Source: Desulfatiglandales bacterium (GTDB lineage Bacteria; Desulfobacterota; DSM-4660; Desulfatiglandales; Desulfatiglandaceae). From it: DNA of 64,000 bases. Each line of letters begins with the position of its first letter. The stretch's first letter is position 1. Positions 31,371-40,914 of the stretch are shown piece by piece. A program made the position numbers and the translations under genes. The stretch lies in NCBI GenBank assembly GCA_963662465.1, contig OY759599.1:800001-864000 (forward strand), written 5' to 3'. The notes under the pieces are model-generated. The model worked only from the letters and a program-made list of their open reading frames with translations, searched no databases and was not told where the DNA came from.

Positions 31371-32405
31371 ATGGATTCCATACAAGAACAAAAAAGGGAA
31401 ATCGCTCCGGACCAGACCTGGGAGATCGACCTGTTTCGGCCCGAGGACGCCGAGGGGGTGACCGCGTTGTTCCTGGAAATCTACGGCCGGGACTATCCCA
31501 TCAAAAAGTTTATCGATCCCCAACTCCTGATTGAGGAAAATCTTTCCGGACGGACGGTTTCCAGCGTGGCCCGGACGCACGGGGGGGACATTGTCGGCCA
31601 TAACGCCGTTTACAATAGCGCATACTGGCCCGGTGTCTTTGAGTCAGGGGCCGGCGTGGTTCAACGTCATTACCGGGGGCCGGGCAAAAAAATATTTGTC
31701 AGGATGGTCGAACACGGATACAAGCATCTGAAGACTTCCGGTCGCGGCTCCGGGATTATGGGGGAGCCGCTTTGCAGTCATATTATCACCCAAAGACTGA
31801 GCAGGGAACAGGGATGGATGACACAGGCGCTGGAAGTGGACCTTATGCCGGCAACAACCTACACCAGGGAAAAAACCCTGTCCGGACGGGTGTCCACGAT
31901 CATGGATTTCAAAACAATTATAGCCCGGCCCCACCGGGTGTATATTCCTCCGGTTTATCGGAACCAGTTGGATTTTTGTTATCGGGAGCATGATGATGAA
32001 CGGGACTTTGTCTATCAGGGTGAAAACCGGCCCCAAGACCTGGCAACCCGAATAGATGCAATGGTTTTCGAAGCCGCCGGGGTCGCCCGCCTGCCCGTAC
32101 TCCAGGCCGGATCTGATTTCGGACCGTTCATGGACCGCGAGGAAGCAAGGCTTAAAGCCATGGGTATCGTAACCATTCAGGTCTGGCTGAACCTGACCTG
32201 GCCATGGGTGGAAAAAGCGGTGGCGGAACTACGATGTCGGGGGTTCTTTTTTGGGGGGCTTTTACCGCGGTGGTTCGACGACGACGGGTTGTTGATGCAG
32301 AAAATACAAATCCGACCCAACTGGGAAGGCGTGAACCTGCTATACGACCGAGGAAAACAACTGTTCGACCTGGTAAAAAAGGATTGGGCCGAAACAGTTT
32401 CCTAA
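31371..32405 (+). CDS. GNAT-superfamily-like protein
   Basis: FRPEDAEGV..LF..IYG.DYP, IVGH, ESGAGVVQRHYRG acetyl-CoA-loop-like motif. Confidence 0.6.
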   Translation: MDSIQEQKREIAPDQTWEIDLFRPEDAEGVTALFLEIYGRDYPIKKFIDPQLLIEENLSGRTVSSVARTHGGDIVGHNAVYNSAYWPGVFESGAGVVQRHYRGPGKKIFVRMVEHGYKHLKTSGRGSGIMGEPLCSHIITQRLSREQGWMTQALEVDLMPATTYTREKTLSGRVSTIMDFKTIIARPHRVYIPPVYRNQLDFCYREHDDERDFVYQGENRPQDLATRIDAMVFEAAGVARLPVLQAGSDFGPFMDREEARLKAMGIVTIQVWLNLTWPWVEKAVAELRCRGFFFGGLLPRWFDDDGLLMQKIQIRPNWEGVNLLYDRGKQLFDLVKKDWAETVS

Positions 32406-32584
32406 GGCTGGAAAGCAAAAATTCCGCAACCCGCAGGTTCCTTTTATCTATTTCCTGATAGGGTATACCCGCTTTCTTCATCTGTTTCGAATAAACATTG
32501 TTTTTCCGGATGATTGACCGAAGCAGCGACAGAACCTCTTTTCCCCGGATATGTTTTTTATTGGCCCCCTTTAATGGGCGGCCC

Positions 32585-33150
32585 TATTTCGACCTTGTCA
32601 TAGATTTCGGCAAGGGCTAGATGACAATCAATCGAACTCAGTTCAAGGGCGTCTTCGAGACGATTTGTCTCGGAGAACAACCAGAGTTGTTGGGCTGTTT
32701 AACGAAATGCTCCACATGATGCTTGTCCTGAGCAATCAGGACGTACTCGATGAAGGATTCGAGCATGCGGTACTGCTCAAATTTGCCGCCCCGGTCATAG
32801 TCTTTGGTTGAGTTGGATAGTACTTCAACGATGAACGTAGGATTAAGGAGCGTGTCTTTATGATCATCATCAAACTGAGGCTCACCACACACTACAATGA
32901 CATCAGGATAAGTATAGAGTCCGGTGGCGCTGACTTTCAACCGCAAGTCTGTGGAATAGACAGTGCAGTGCCTGTTTTTCAGTTGCCCATGAAGTTCAGA
33001 CACAACATTCGTCACAATGAGGACGTGTTCCGGCGTTGCGCCGGCCATCGCAAATATTTCACCGTTGAAGTATTCGCTTTTGCACTCGGCTTTCCGTTCG
33101 AGAGTCAAATATTCTACAGAAGTAAATTGCGTTTTAGGTTGTAAAGACAT
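32585..33150 (-). pseudogene. Uma2 family endonuclease with a frameshift near the C-terminus
   Basis: KSEYFNGEIFAMAGA, YPDVIVVC, VEVLS.ST..YDRG.KF; the true tail ELSSIDCHLALAEIYDKV lies in another frame. Confidence 0.75.
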
Positions 33151-33299
33151 AATTTCCTCAGTTTTACATGGGGGTCTCGATTCTGACGGGTAATGATAAA
33201 CATTACAAAATTCTGAAAGACATTGATATCAAAAAGTTCCGCCCATAAACCTTCAAAACTTCAGCGAACATCCAGGCGTATCTCTTGCTATGGAAAGTC

Positions 33300-33996
33300 A
33301 GCTGAAGCGGTGTACGACCGCATGGCGACGGACATGAGGCGGTTTCGAAAACTGACCACCCTGCGGGGGGCGGGCCTTGGGGATATGCTGGAAGGGGCGG
33401 GTTCCGAGTGGTGGCGGCGCGGGGACGGTATGGCCCTGGATGAATTTTACCGTCGGTGTCTGGGGCAGGGACTGGTCTATCATGAAACCCACGAACGGGG
33501 ATGCCTGCCGGCGGGCTTGGTTGAAGAAATCCGGGCCTTAAGCCAATCGGCCATCCCCTGGGATGTGGAACTGGCGCGCTGGTTTGATGTGCATTTTCTT
33601 CCCGTGGAACAGGTTCGGTCCTATGCCAGGCAAAGCAGACGACAGTCCTCGATCCCAGACCCCGCTGGACGCCCATGCACGGGGCCATGGAGGGAAGAAC
33701 ATTCGGCGTTATTCTGGGTACCTCCGGTTCCATGGATCGAAACCTTCCGGCCAAAGCCCTGGGCGCCATTTCCGGATACAGCATATCCAGAGATGTTCCC
33801 CGGGTTCGGGTGGTTTTTTGTGATGCCGCGACCTATGATCAGGGGTACATGGCGCCCGAAGATATTGCCGAAAGCGTAAAGATCAGAGGCAGAGGCGGAA
33901 CCGTGCTTCAACCGGCCGTCACCCTGCTTGAAAACGCGGCGGATTTCCCAAAGGACGGCCCCATCCTGATCATTACCGACGGATATTGCGATCCCC
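33300..33996 (+). pseudogene. Third, shorter and frameshifted copy of the VWA gene segment
   Basis: Aligns to about 62000-62705, with a 10-nt deletion near 33652 and MIDAS D to G (ILGTSGSM). Confidence 0.88.
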
Positions 33997-34011
33997 GAAA
34001 CTTATCGAATA

Positions 34012-35334
34012 TCAAACAATTAGATCTATCCGGCCCGCAGACCCTTCCGATTCCCGGATGATGCCCTCAAGATCCTCCGGGCGCAGCCGATAACGAATAA
34101 CATTGCCTTCATGCAGGCCCCGAAACTCATTTCCTATATAATTGACGATCTCCTCACGATCCGCTTTTGAAATATCAGCCTCAGCGGCCATGGCCATAAT
34201 AAGCTCCGGCCGGAATGCCTTCCAGTTGAGTACGCTACGGCGCACGGCCTTACGAACAAAATCGCGGTAGACCAACGCGGCTTTTTCCGGGATCTCGATC
34301 TCCGCACGCAATGTTCTGTAATTATCAGCCGAAGTCATGTAGGCTTCGATATACGCTTCACGCAGCAGGGAAACATTGTTCAGCTCATAGATTCCGATGA
34401 GACCATCAATATAGGCTCTGTCATCCATGGTGAGAAACGACATAGGCGCTAAATCGGCCTTCAGTAAAGGTATATTGGAGGCAATGCGAGAGGTTCTCTT
34501 ATTAATATCTTCGAAAGCCTGCAAATAAGGGATATGAACGAGAAGAAAGAACGACTGTTCAAACGGATCATTGACGGCCGCCGATTTTTCAATCAGTATA
34601 TCAAATTCTTCCGCGATCGCAAACTGATCGCCAAGGGGCCTGTAGCTTGAATGGGTAATACCGACGGGCATGCGGCGCAGCCGTCCAGTCATAGCGGGGT
34701 TGACCAGAAGGCCGTCAGCGAGCAAAGCGTGAATGTTGAACAGGTCCTGCCGGCTGATTTTGATGGCAGCAAGATGTTCCACGACATACTGAATCGCTTC
34801 TTTGTGATTAAGGATCATCACCGCTTCTTTACGGTCCTTTCCGGAAGCCTCTTGCCCGAAACGGATAAGACGCTCGGTTTCGAGAATATCGTACGTATTC
34901 CCTTCCATGCGTGATGACGCCCATGACAGATCGACCAAGAGCCGTTCAAGAATACGGCGTACATAGGTTCCCGCCGGCAGCGGCGAGCCGGTAGGCGTAC
35001 CGGCTTCATGCAAACGCTGTCGTTCAGCTTCCGTGAGGTAAAATGTCTTGTTTGGAATATAGCGGTCTAAGAATACTTTTTGATACCCAGCCGGCCTGCG
35101 GCGGTTATAAGGCTTCAGTAAATGGGCGCGGATCACGTCGGCGCCCGCAAGGCTGTAGACAGTGGCCGGACCTTTACCTGAAACCTCTAATTTGCCTTCG
35201 CCTACGAGCTTTTTCAGAGCACGCCAGACGGTCGTTTCGCTCGCTTCGGGGACAACTTCTCGGCGGATATTCTCCCGGCGGGCGCCGGGATGGGCCGCAA
35301 TGTAGTCAAGGATGGCCTGGCTAGAGATCGTCAT
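34012..35334 (-). CDS. HTH-Fic family protein with atypical Fic motif
   Basis: N-terminal HTH; SSRMEGN; YLQAFEDINKRTSR (catalytic His replaced by Gln). Confidence 0.85.
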   Translation of the reverse strand: MTISSQAILDYIAAHPGARRENIRREVVPEASETTVWRALKKLVGEGKLEVSGKGPATVYSLAGADVIRAHLLKPYNRRRPAGYQKVFLDRYIPNKTFYLTEAERQRLHEAGTPTGSPLPAGTYVRRILERLLVDLSWASSRMEGNTYDILETERLIRFGQEASGKDRKEAVMILNHKEAIQYVVEHLAAIKISRQDLFNIHALLADGLLVNPAMTGRLRRMPVGITHSSYRPLGDQFAIAEEFDILIEKSAAVNDPFEQSFFLLVHIPYLQAFEDINKRTSRIASNIPLLKADLAPMSFLTMDDRAYIDGLIGIYELNNVSLLREAYIEAYMTSADNYRTLRAEIEIPEKAALVYRDFVRKAVRRSVLNWKAFRPELIMAMAAEADISKADREEIVNYIGNEFRGLHEGNVIRYRLRPEDLEGIIRESEGSAGRIDLIV

Positions 35335-35403
35335 TGAAATGATTTCTCAGAGTTATGAAATGAATATGCGATTATAATATAAAGGTATTTCCAGTTTGTC
35401 AAA

Positions 35404-35432
35404 CTATCGTTTCATTTCTTTTGAAACGATAG
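35404..35432. promoter_or_regulatory. Inverted repeat upstream of the HTH-Fic gene
   Basis: CTATCGTTTCA-N7-TGAAACGATAG, plus TGAAATGA repeats near the start codon. Confidence 0.5.
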
Positions 35433-35454
35433 CCGGAACAGTCCATTACGCCGA

Positions 35455-35694
35455 TATACCCAGAAAGAGCAGTGATAAAACCTATGGTGAAAAGCTGATC
35501 AGCCTGTTTGCGCGACGGGAAGAAGAAAAGGTTATTATCGGGGTACTGTTCGACATTGGTATCGAATATGATGTTATTTTCAGCCCGTTGTTTGCCTCTG
35601 GGGATGAGTAGGAAGGTGGCATATTTACCTGATTCCCTGTTTACGAAGAAATCATGAGAGATGGGGCCATTGTCGCGTGAGCCGGCAGATTATC
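35455..35694 (+). pseudogene. Collapsed duplicate of the WYL-MNT-HEPN block
   Basis: 35456-35516 matches the WYL start at 38098-38158 (ATG to ATA); 35518-35694 matches 39561-39737 with two new stop codons. Confidence 0.9.
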
Positions 35695-35715
35695 GCATCC
35701 TTTTTGATTGCGGTA

Positions 35716-37935
35716 TTAAAAGCCAATCGCATTTCCCCCAGCATGGATTTTTTTGACCCTGACCTCTTCCTCCAAAGCCATCACAAGGGTCTGATGTTTC
35801 AATTTCCTTTCGGGGTAAAACCCATATCGGTCCCTCACGGTCTTGAAATCGCCGGGGGATAGATCCACAATCTCCTTCAAGCACTTTTTGTTTTCCCCAT
35901 CCAATGGCGATTTGATCAAGGGTGAGAGGAGTTTTTTGTAAAAGATGACATTTCCCTCCGGGGTGAGAAAATCAAAGTTCAGCTTGTGATTGAACCTTCG
36001 AATGGAAGCCGCATCCAGGTCTCCCATGCGATTGGTGGTGCAGATCAGTATCCCCCTGAAGCGCTCCATACTCGTGAGAAATTCATTGGTGAGGCTGAGC
36101 TCCCAGGAGCGTTGCGCTCGATCTCGGTTAAAAAGCAGGGATTCCGCTTCATCCATGATCAGAATAGCTTCCTCCCGTTCCGCCTCTTCAAAAGCATCCC
36201 GGATGTTCTTTTCACTTTCGCCAACATATTTACTTTGAATGTCGCTGACACGCTTGCAAATGATCTCCCGGTCCAGACGTTCTCCAATGTAGCGAGCCAG
36301 TTCGCTTTTTCCGGCGCCGGGAGGGCCATAAAACAGGAGATTCATATTCACCATCTTACCCTGGGGTGAACTTCTGAGATAAGCGTCAAACACTTCCAAC
36401 TGCGCCATCACCGCATCCATATCCCCCTTGATATTCAAACCGTTCAGAGAATACCGTTTGTCGATCCGGTCACGATCAACCTTCTTCTCTCCGCCGTTTT
36501 TCAGGGTTTCATGGGCCTCCAGGGCCAACTTTACACTTTCTATAAATGCGCCTTTTGTTTTGTGGTCCATCTCCTTTGCTTTCTTGACCGCCAAATCCGC
36601 CGCGCCTGCACTGACCCGGTAAGTTCCTGCAAGGTTTTCAATTTCCGGCTGGGTTAAAAAGCGTTTTGATTGGTTCTTTCTGAGGATGTTTTCCCAGAGT
36701 AAAATGCGCTGGCGTTTGTTAAAAGGCCTGAAATGGAGGCTGAATGCAAACCGGCGAAGCACCGACGGTTCGATATCCTCGATCTGGTTCGTGATCCAGA
36801 TCATCCTGAGTCCGGGTGTTTCCATGAGTTCGTTCATCCATCCTTTATCCTGGGTTTCCCCTCGCATGAACCACGAAAAACGGGTGTTCAAAAGGTTGTC
36901 CGCTTCATCCACCACGATGAGCGACCCCAGTCCCGAATTCGTCATATTGATACAGGCCAGGATCGCGGCCCGCCTGTTACGGGTGGTGTTGGCCTCGCCA
37001 CGGACAATCCCATAAGGAGAAAGACCCGTTTCCCGGGCAACCCCGGCCGCAAAACTGCTCTTTCCTGTTCCCGGCGGGCCGTAAAGAAGAATATGGGTCG
37101 ATGATTTCGGCTTTTCACGAAGGAGGGCCAGGGTGTGCGCGATTTTCTTTTCTCCCAGAAAATGATGGGCCAAGGGAATACTCTTGTGATTCAGGCGAAC
37201 AAAGAAGTTTTTGGATATAAGCTGGGAAGAGGGGTTTTCAAAAAGAGGACGAAAATCATCCTCCAGACCCAAATCATATCTGTCAATTTCAAAAAGGCCG
37301 ATTCTTTCCAGTTTGCCGGTAAGGATATCATTTAAGGCGCTCTTGCTGATATTCAGGAGATTGCAGAGATATCGCCTGCCGCTGAATTTCTGGCATTCCA
37401 AATGGTTGACAAAATAGGCCTCTACCGGGTCATAGTTGGATACAATGAAAAGGAAGGTGCAGAATTGACATTCCTGTTCCGTCAAGCCAAACATTTCCCG
37501 AATGACATCCAGGTTCTTTTCCAGATCCGATTTACCCCTGAATCGAAGTTCCTCAATTTTCAAGGTCAGCAGGCGTTGTACCTCGCGAATCATTTCCCGG
37601 TGGAACCCGAGGGCCATCTTTGAAATGATCCGCCAAAGATCCCCTCCGTATTCGCCATGGTCAGACAGAGATTCAGAAAGGCCTTCCTCAATTTCTTCTC
37701 GGTCTTCATCTTCGAACTGGTTTTCAAGGAATGTGCCCAAACCTTCACGGTTTTGTCCCAGGTTCCAGCAAATCAGCTCCAGCGCTTCCTCATCCAGAAC
37801 CGGATAGCGGTCAAAGTGCCCAATCAGGATAGCCGCCGTATGGCTCAAAACAAACCGTTCATTTTTGTCAGGCATCTGATTTTGACTTCGTCCCATGTTT
37901 TTTCGTCTTCTTTTTCGTCTTAATATCATCGGCAT
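35716..37935 (-). CDS. Tandem (double) AAA+ ATPase
   Basis: Two Walker A (GPPGTGKS, GPPGAGKS) and Walker B (DEAD, DEAE) motifs, two RRF Arg fingers, C-terminal IGF; AGGAGG RBS before ATG at 37935. Confidence 0.9.
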   Translation of the reverse strand: MPMILRRKRRRKNMGRSQNQMPDKNERFVLSHTAAILIGHFDRYPVLDEEALELICWNLGQNREGLGTFLENQFEDEDREEIEEGLSESLSDHGEYGGDLWRIISKMALGFHREMIREVQRLLTLKIEELRFRGKSDLEKNLDVIREMFGLTEQECQFCTFLFIVSNYDPVEAYFVNHLECQKFSGRRYLCNLLNISKSALNDILTGKLERIGLFEIDRYDLGLEDDFRPLFENPSSQLISKNFFVRLNHKSIPLAHHFLGEKKIAHTLALLREKPKSSTHILLYGPPGTGKSSFAAGVARETGLSPYGIVRGEANTTRNRRAAILACINMTNSGLGSLIVVDEADNLLNTRFSWFMRGETQDKGWMNELMETPGLRMIWITNQIEDIEPSVLRRFAFSLHFRPFNKRQRILLWENILRKNQSKRFLTQPEIENLAGTYRVSAGAADLAVKKAKEMDHKTKGAFIESVKLALEAHETLKNGGEKKVDRDRIDKRYSLNGLNIKGDMDAVMAQLEVFDAYLRSSPQGKMVNMNLLFYGPPGAGKSELARYIGERLDREIICKRVSDIQSKYVGESEKNIRDAFEEAEREEAILIMDEAESLLFNRDRAQRSWELSLTNEFLTSMERFRGILICTTNRMGDLDAASIRRFNHKLNFDFLTPEGNVIFYKKLLSPLIKSPLDGENKKCLKEIVDLSPGDFKTVRDRYGFYPERKLKHQTLVMALEEEVRVKKIHAGGNAIGF

Positions 37936-38097
37936 GTTCAATCCTCCTTCTTTGTGCTTGTTGAAGGGAGTATGGCATGTTAATGTTCCATAGTACGGAA
38001 TGAAGAGTGGCTATTTTTGATAAAGTTCGACAGGCGCTTGAAATGTTTTTGAGGCCCATCGGTATTGTGGCACTCCGTGACTTTCGAAAGGTCGTTT

Positions 38098-39105
38098 ATG
38101 CCCAGAAAGAGCAGTGATAAAACTTATGGTGAAAAGCTGATCAGTTTGTTTGCGCGACTTCTGTTCACCAGAGAACCTCATTCTCTGTCAGACCTGGCCC
38201 GCATGCTGGATTGCTCCAAACAGACGGTCTTGAGGCTGATTGAGGACATTGAAAGGTCCTACAAGGTCCATATCGAATGGTCTATGCAGGGTCGAAGGCG
38301 GTTTTTTCGCCTGAAAACGCTGGGGCAGCAACCACCCACGCTGAACCTGACGGCCACGGAACTGCATGCGCTCTATATGTGCAGATCCTTTGCCGAACAC
38401 CTCCTGGGCAACGGGTTTCTGGAAGAAACGACCCGGGCGTTGGAAAAAGGCCGTACCCTCCTGCCACGGGAGGCAAGTTTTTCCTCCCGCCACTTTGCCG
38501 CTTTCAGGCCGGGAACCATTGATTATACGCCCCAACAGGAATCCATTCGAACCTTACTTGCGGCCATGGAGAAAAGCAGGGTTTGCAAAATTTCCTACCG
38601 GGCCATCCTGGCGAAGAAATCCAAAACCTTCTACATCAAGCCATACCGGCTATTCTCACACCAGGATACGGTTTACCTGCACGCAGGTCTGGCCAGAAAG
38701 CCTGGGGCCTTGTACAAGGAACCCGCGTTTGACCCTCTCCTGGCGGTTCACCGGATTCAAAAGGCTGAGTTGGACGAACGGTTTTTCAAGTTTCCGGAAG
38801 GCTATGATTTTGAAAAAATCTTCAACCGGAACTTTGGCGTGATTAAGGAGGAAGCCTTTGAGGTGAAGGTGGAATTTTTCGGGTTTGCCGCAGGGTTTGT
38901 AGCGGAACGTATCTGGAGCTCGGACCAGCAAATTCAGCAGTTGCCGGAGGGAAAGATCCATCTCTCATTAAGCGCCTCCTCCGAGCCCGAGTTAATGGCA
39001 TGGCTCCTATCATTTGGGGATGAGGCCAGGCTGCTCGGGCCGGATTGGTTGGTGGAAAAAGTGAAGGGACAGGTAGCGCGGATGGAAGAAAATTATAGGG
39101 TTTAA
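38098..39105 (+). CDS. HTH-WYL-WCX transcriptional regulator
   Basis: N-terminal wHTH (LARMLDCSKQTVLRLI), IKPYRL...VYL...VHRI WYL core, WLLSFGDEARLLGP WCX. Confidence 0.9.
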   Translation: MPRKSSDKTYGEKLISLFARLLFTREPHSLSDLARMLDCSKQTVLRLIEDIERSYKVHIEWSMQGRRRFFRLKTLGQQPPTLNLTATELHALYMCRSFAEHLLGNGFLEETTRALEKGRTLLPREASFSSRHFAAFRPGTIDYTPQQESIRTLLAAMEKSRVCKISYRAILAKKSKTFYIKPYRLFSHQDTVYLHAGLARKPGALYKEPAFDPLLAVHRIQKAELDERFFKFPEGYDFEKIFNRNFGVIKEEAFEVKVEFFGFAAGFVAERIWSSDQQIQQLPEGKIHLSLSASSEPELMAWLLSFGDEARLLGPDWLVEKVKGQVARMEENYRV

Positions 39106-39375
39106 ACCAGTGATTTTGGGATACAGATTTCCACAGACGATAAAAAATAGAAGATCAGCGACAACTATCTTCTGAAAAATCGGCGCAAGGTGACCGCAAT
39201 CTATGCTATACTCAATTTTCCGGACCGCTTGATCAATAGGTTGGGAAACGCTCGTGGTGTTTTTAAAACTGAACATTTTACATCTTCTGAATGGCGTGGT
39301 GGGTCTGGCTGAAGTCCCTTCCACGATATTGCGTTATGGATTCCCAAACCGGCGCGTAGGATAAGGAGGGAAAAG

Positions 39376-39723
39376 ATGAAGCCTTTCAAAACGTCTTCGC
39401 TCAACAAAAACGAAAGAAGCGCTATTCGAACTGCTGATGAAATACTCAGAAAGCAATTCCCTATTGACAGTGTAATCCTTTTCGGTTCAAAAGCTCGGGG
39501 CGATTCAGATGCTCATTCAGACATTGACTTGCTCCTCATAACGTCCCGACCCCTTCATTGGAAAGAAGAAAAGTCTATTATCGGGGTACTGTTCGACATT
39601 GGTATGGAATATGATGTTATTTTCAGCCCGTTGTTTGCCTCTGGGGATGAGTGGGAAGGTGGTATATTTACCCAATTCCCTGTTTACGAAGAAATCATGA
39701 GAGATGGGGCCATTGTCGCGTGA
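39376..39723 (+). CDS. Minimal nucleotidyltransferase (MNT) antitoxin
   Basis: LFGSKARGD...SDIDL motif. Confidence 0.9.
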   Translation: MKPFKTSSLNKNERSAIRTADEILRKQFPIDSVILFGSKARGDSDAHSDIDLLLITSRPLHWKEEKSIIGVLFDIGMEYDVIFSPLFASGDEWEGGIFTQFPVYEEIMRDGAIVA

Positions 39724-40058
39724 GCCGGCAGATTATCATGGACTATTGGATGGAAAAGGCGCGGGATGACCTTGCATCCGCACGGGACAATTATACGTCA
39801 GGCAGATATCAGAACGCCGTGAGGGATGCCTATTTTGCCTGTTTTCATGCTTTTTCATCAGTGCTCATAGGAGAAGGGAGAAAATTCAAAAAGCATAAAT
39901 AAGTTCGTTCCATGCTGCATAGAGATTTCATTCGGGTAAAAAAACTTGATGCATCCTGGGGGAAACATTACGACTGGCTTTTTGACAACCGCCACAAAGC
40001 AGACTACCGCCCATTGGTTCAGTTTGATCCTGATCAAGTCAGGGAGGTAATTGACAGA
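39720..40058 (+). pseudogene. HEPN-domain protein with in-frame TAA at 39900 and truncated 3' end
   Basis: GTG start overlapping the MNT stop; AYFACFHA, KHK*V, RHKADY. Confidence 0.8.
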
Positions 40059-40879
40059 GTTCACGAATGCGGGTCATCCGGTAAACGGTATCAAGGCTCT
40101 GGAGCACACCACTGTCAGGATTTTCTCCTGCGGTTTCGACAATGGCCGCGGCTTCGGGCAGTGCGCTGAAAGCGGATGGATTTTCAAGCAAATCCTGTAA
40201 CCACAGGTCCGGTTTTCCAGGGTAATGAATGATCCGGGCCAATTCGGCCGCAGCAAGGGTATCTTCACGATCGACCCACAACCTGAGACCGGCCATCACA
40301 GTCCTGATCTCGGGCGTGGAGAGAAGTCCTGTTCTAGGTAGAATGGCTCTTATGTTGATGCTTTCAAGTGCTTCGGCCACCTTTTCGCAGAATTTGTTGG
40401 TTCGACAGAGGATGCCGATATCTCCCGCTTTCATCCTCCTGATTACCCGGGTTTCAGGGTCCCTGACTTTTGCTTTTGTGTTCCGAAGCAGGGCTTGAAC
40501 ACCGCCCGCAATGGCTGAAGCATCAAGGTCTTTATTACGGGTGTCCAGTTCCCACCATTCCATGAAGTGACCCAGTTCAGGAGGGTTCGATTTTATGGAG
40601 GACTTTAACCTCACCCGTTCCTTTGGAATACCGTGAGGCTTAAAGGCGCGAACGAATATTTCCGAAGTAATGCGTACCAGGGGAGGGCGACTTCGCCAGG
40701 ATTTGTTCAGCGTTTCGGGGGAGTGGTCCTTATTTTTCAGAGTTCCTGGTAAATGACCTTTACGCAACTTAACTGTTTGAAATCGTTATACTGGAGCTTC
40801 TCATAATTTCGTGTGCATTTCAGATTTTAGTGCAGCGTAACTAGCTGAAAATATTAGGTGGGGCAAAATATTTTTTTTA

Positions 40880-40908
40880 TTGACAAATGAAAACTGAAAA
40901 ATTATCTT
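40880..40908 (+). promoter_or_regulatory. Sigma70-like promoter of the transposase (probably leaderless mRNA)
   Basis: TTGACA-N17-TATCTT, 6 nt before ATG at 40915; no RBS. Confidence 0.6.
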
Positions 40909-40914
40909 CAGACC

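Noticed and set aside
27959..33996. VWA gene copies as template/variable repeats of a diversity-generating retroelement
   Set aside because: No reverse transcriptase in the window, the copies are 0.7-1.4 kb, and the differences I inspected are not adenine-specific.
37970..38080. Sigma54 promoters (TGGCATGTTAATGT, TGGCACTCCGTGAC) upstream of WYL
   Set aside because: The -12 TTGC element is not matched.
13266..39902. Alternative genetic code to explain the many in-frame stops
   Set aside because: The stops are of all three types, replace different residues, and TGA/TAA terminate intact genes normally.
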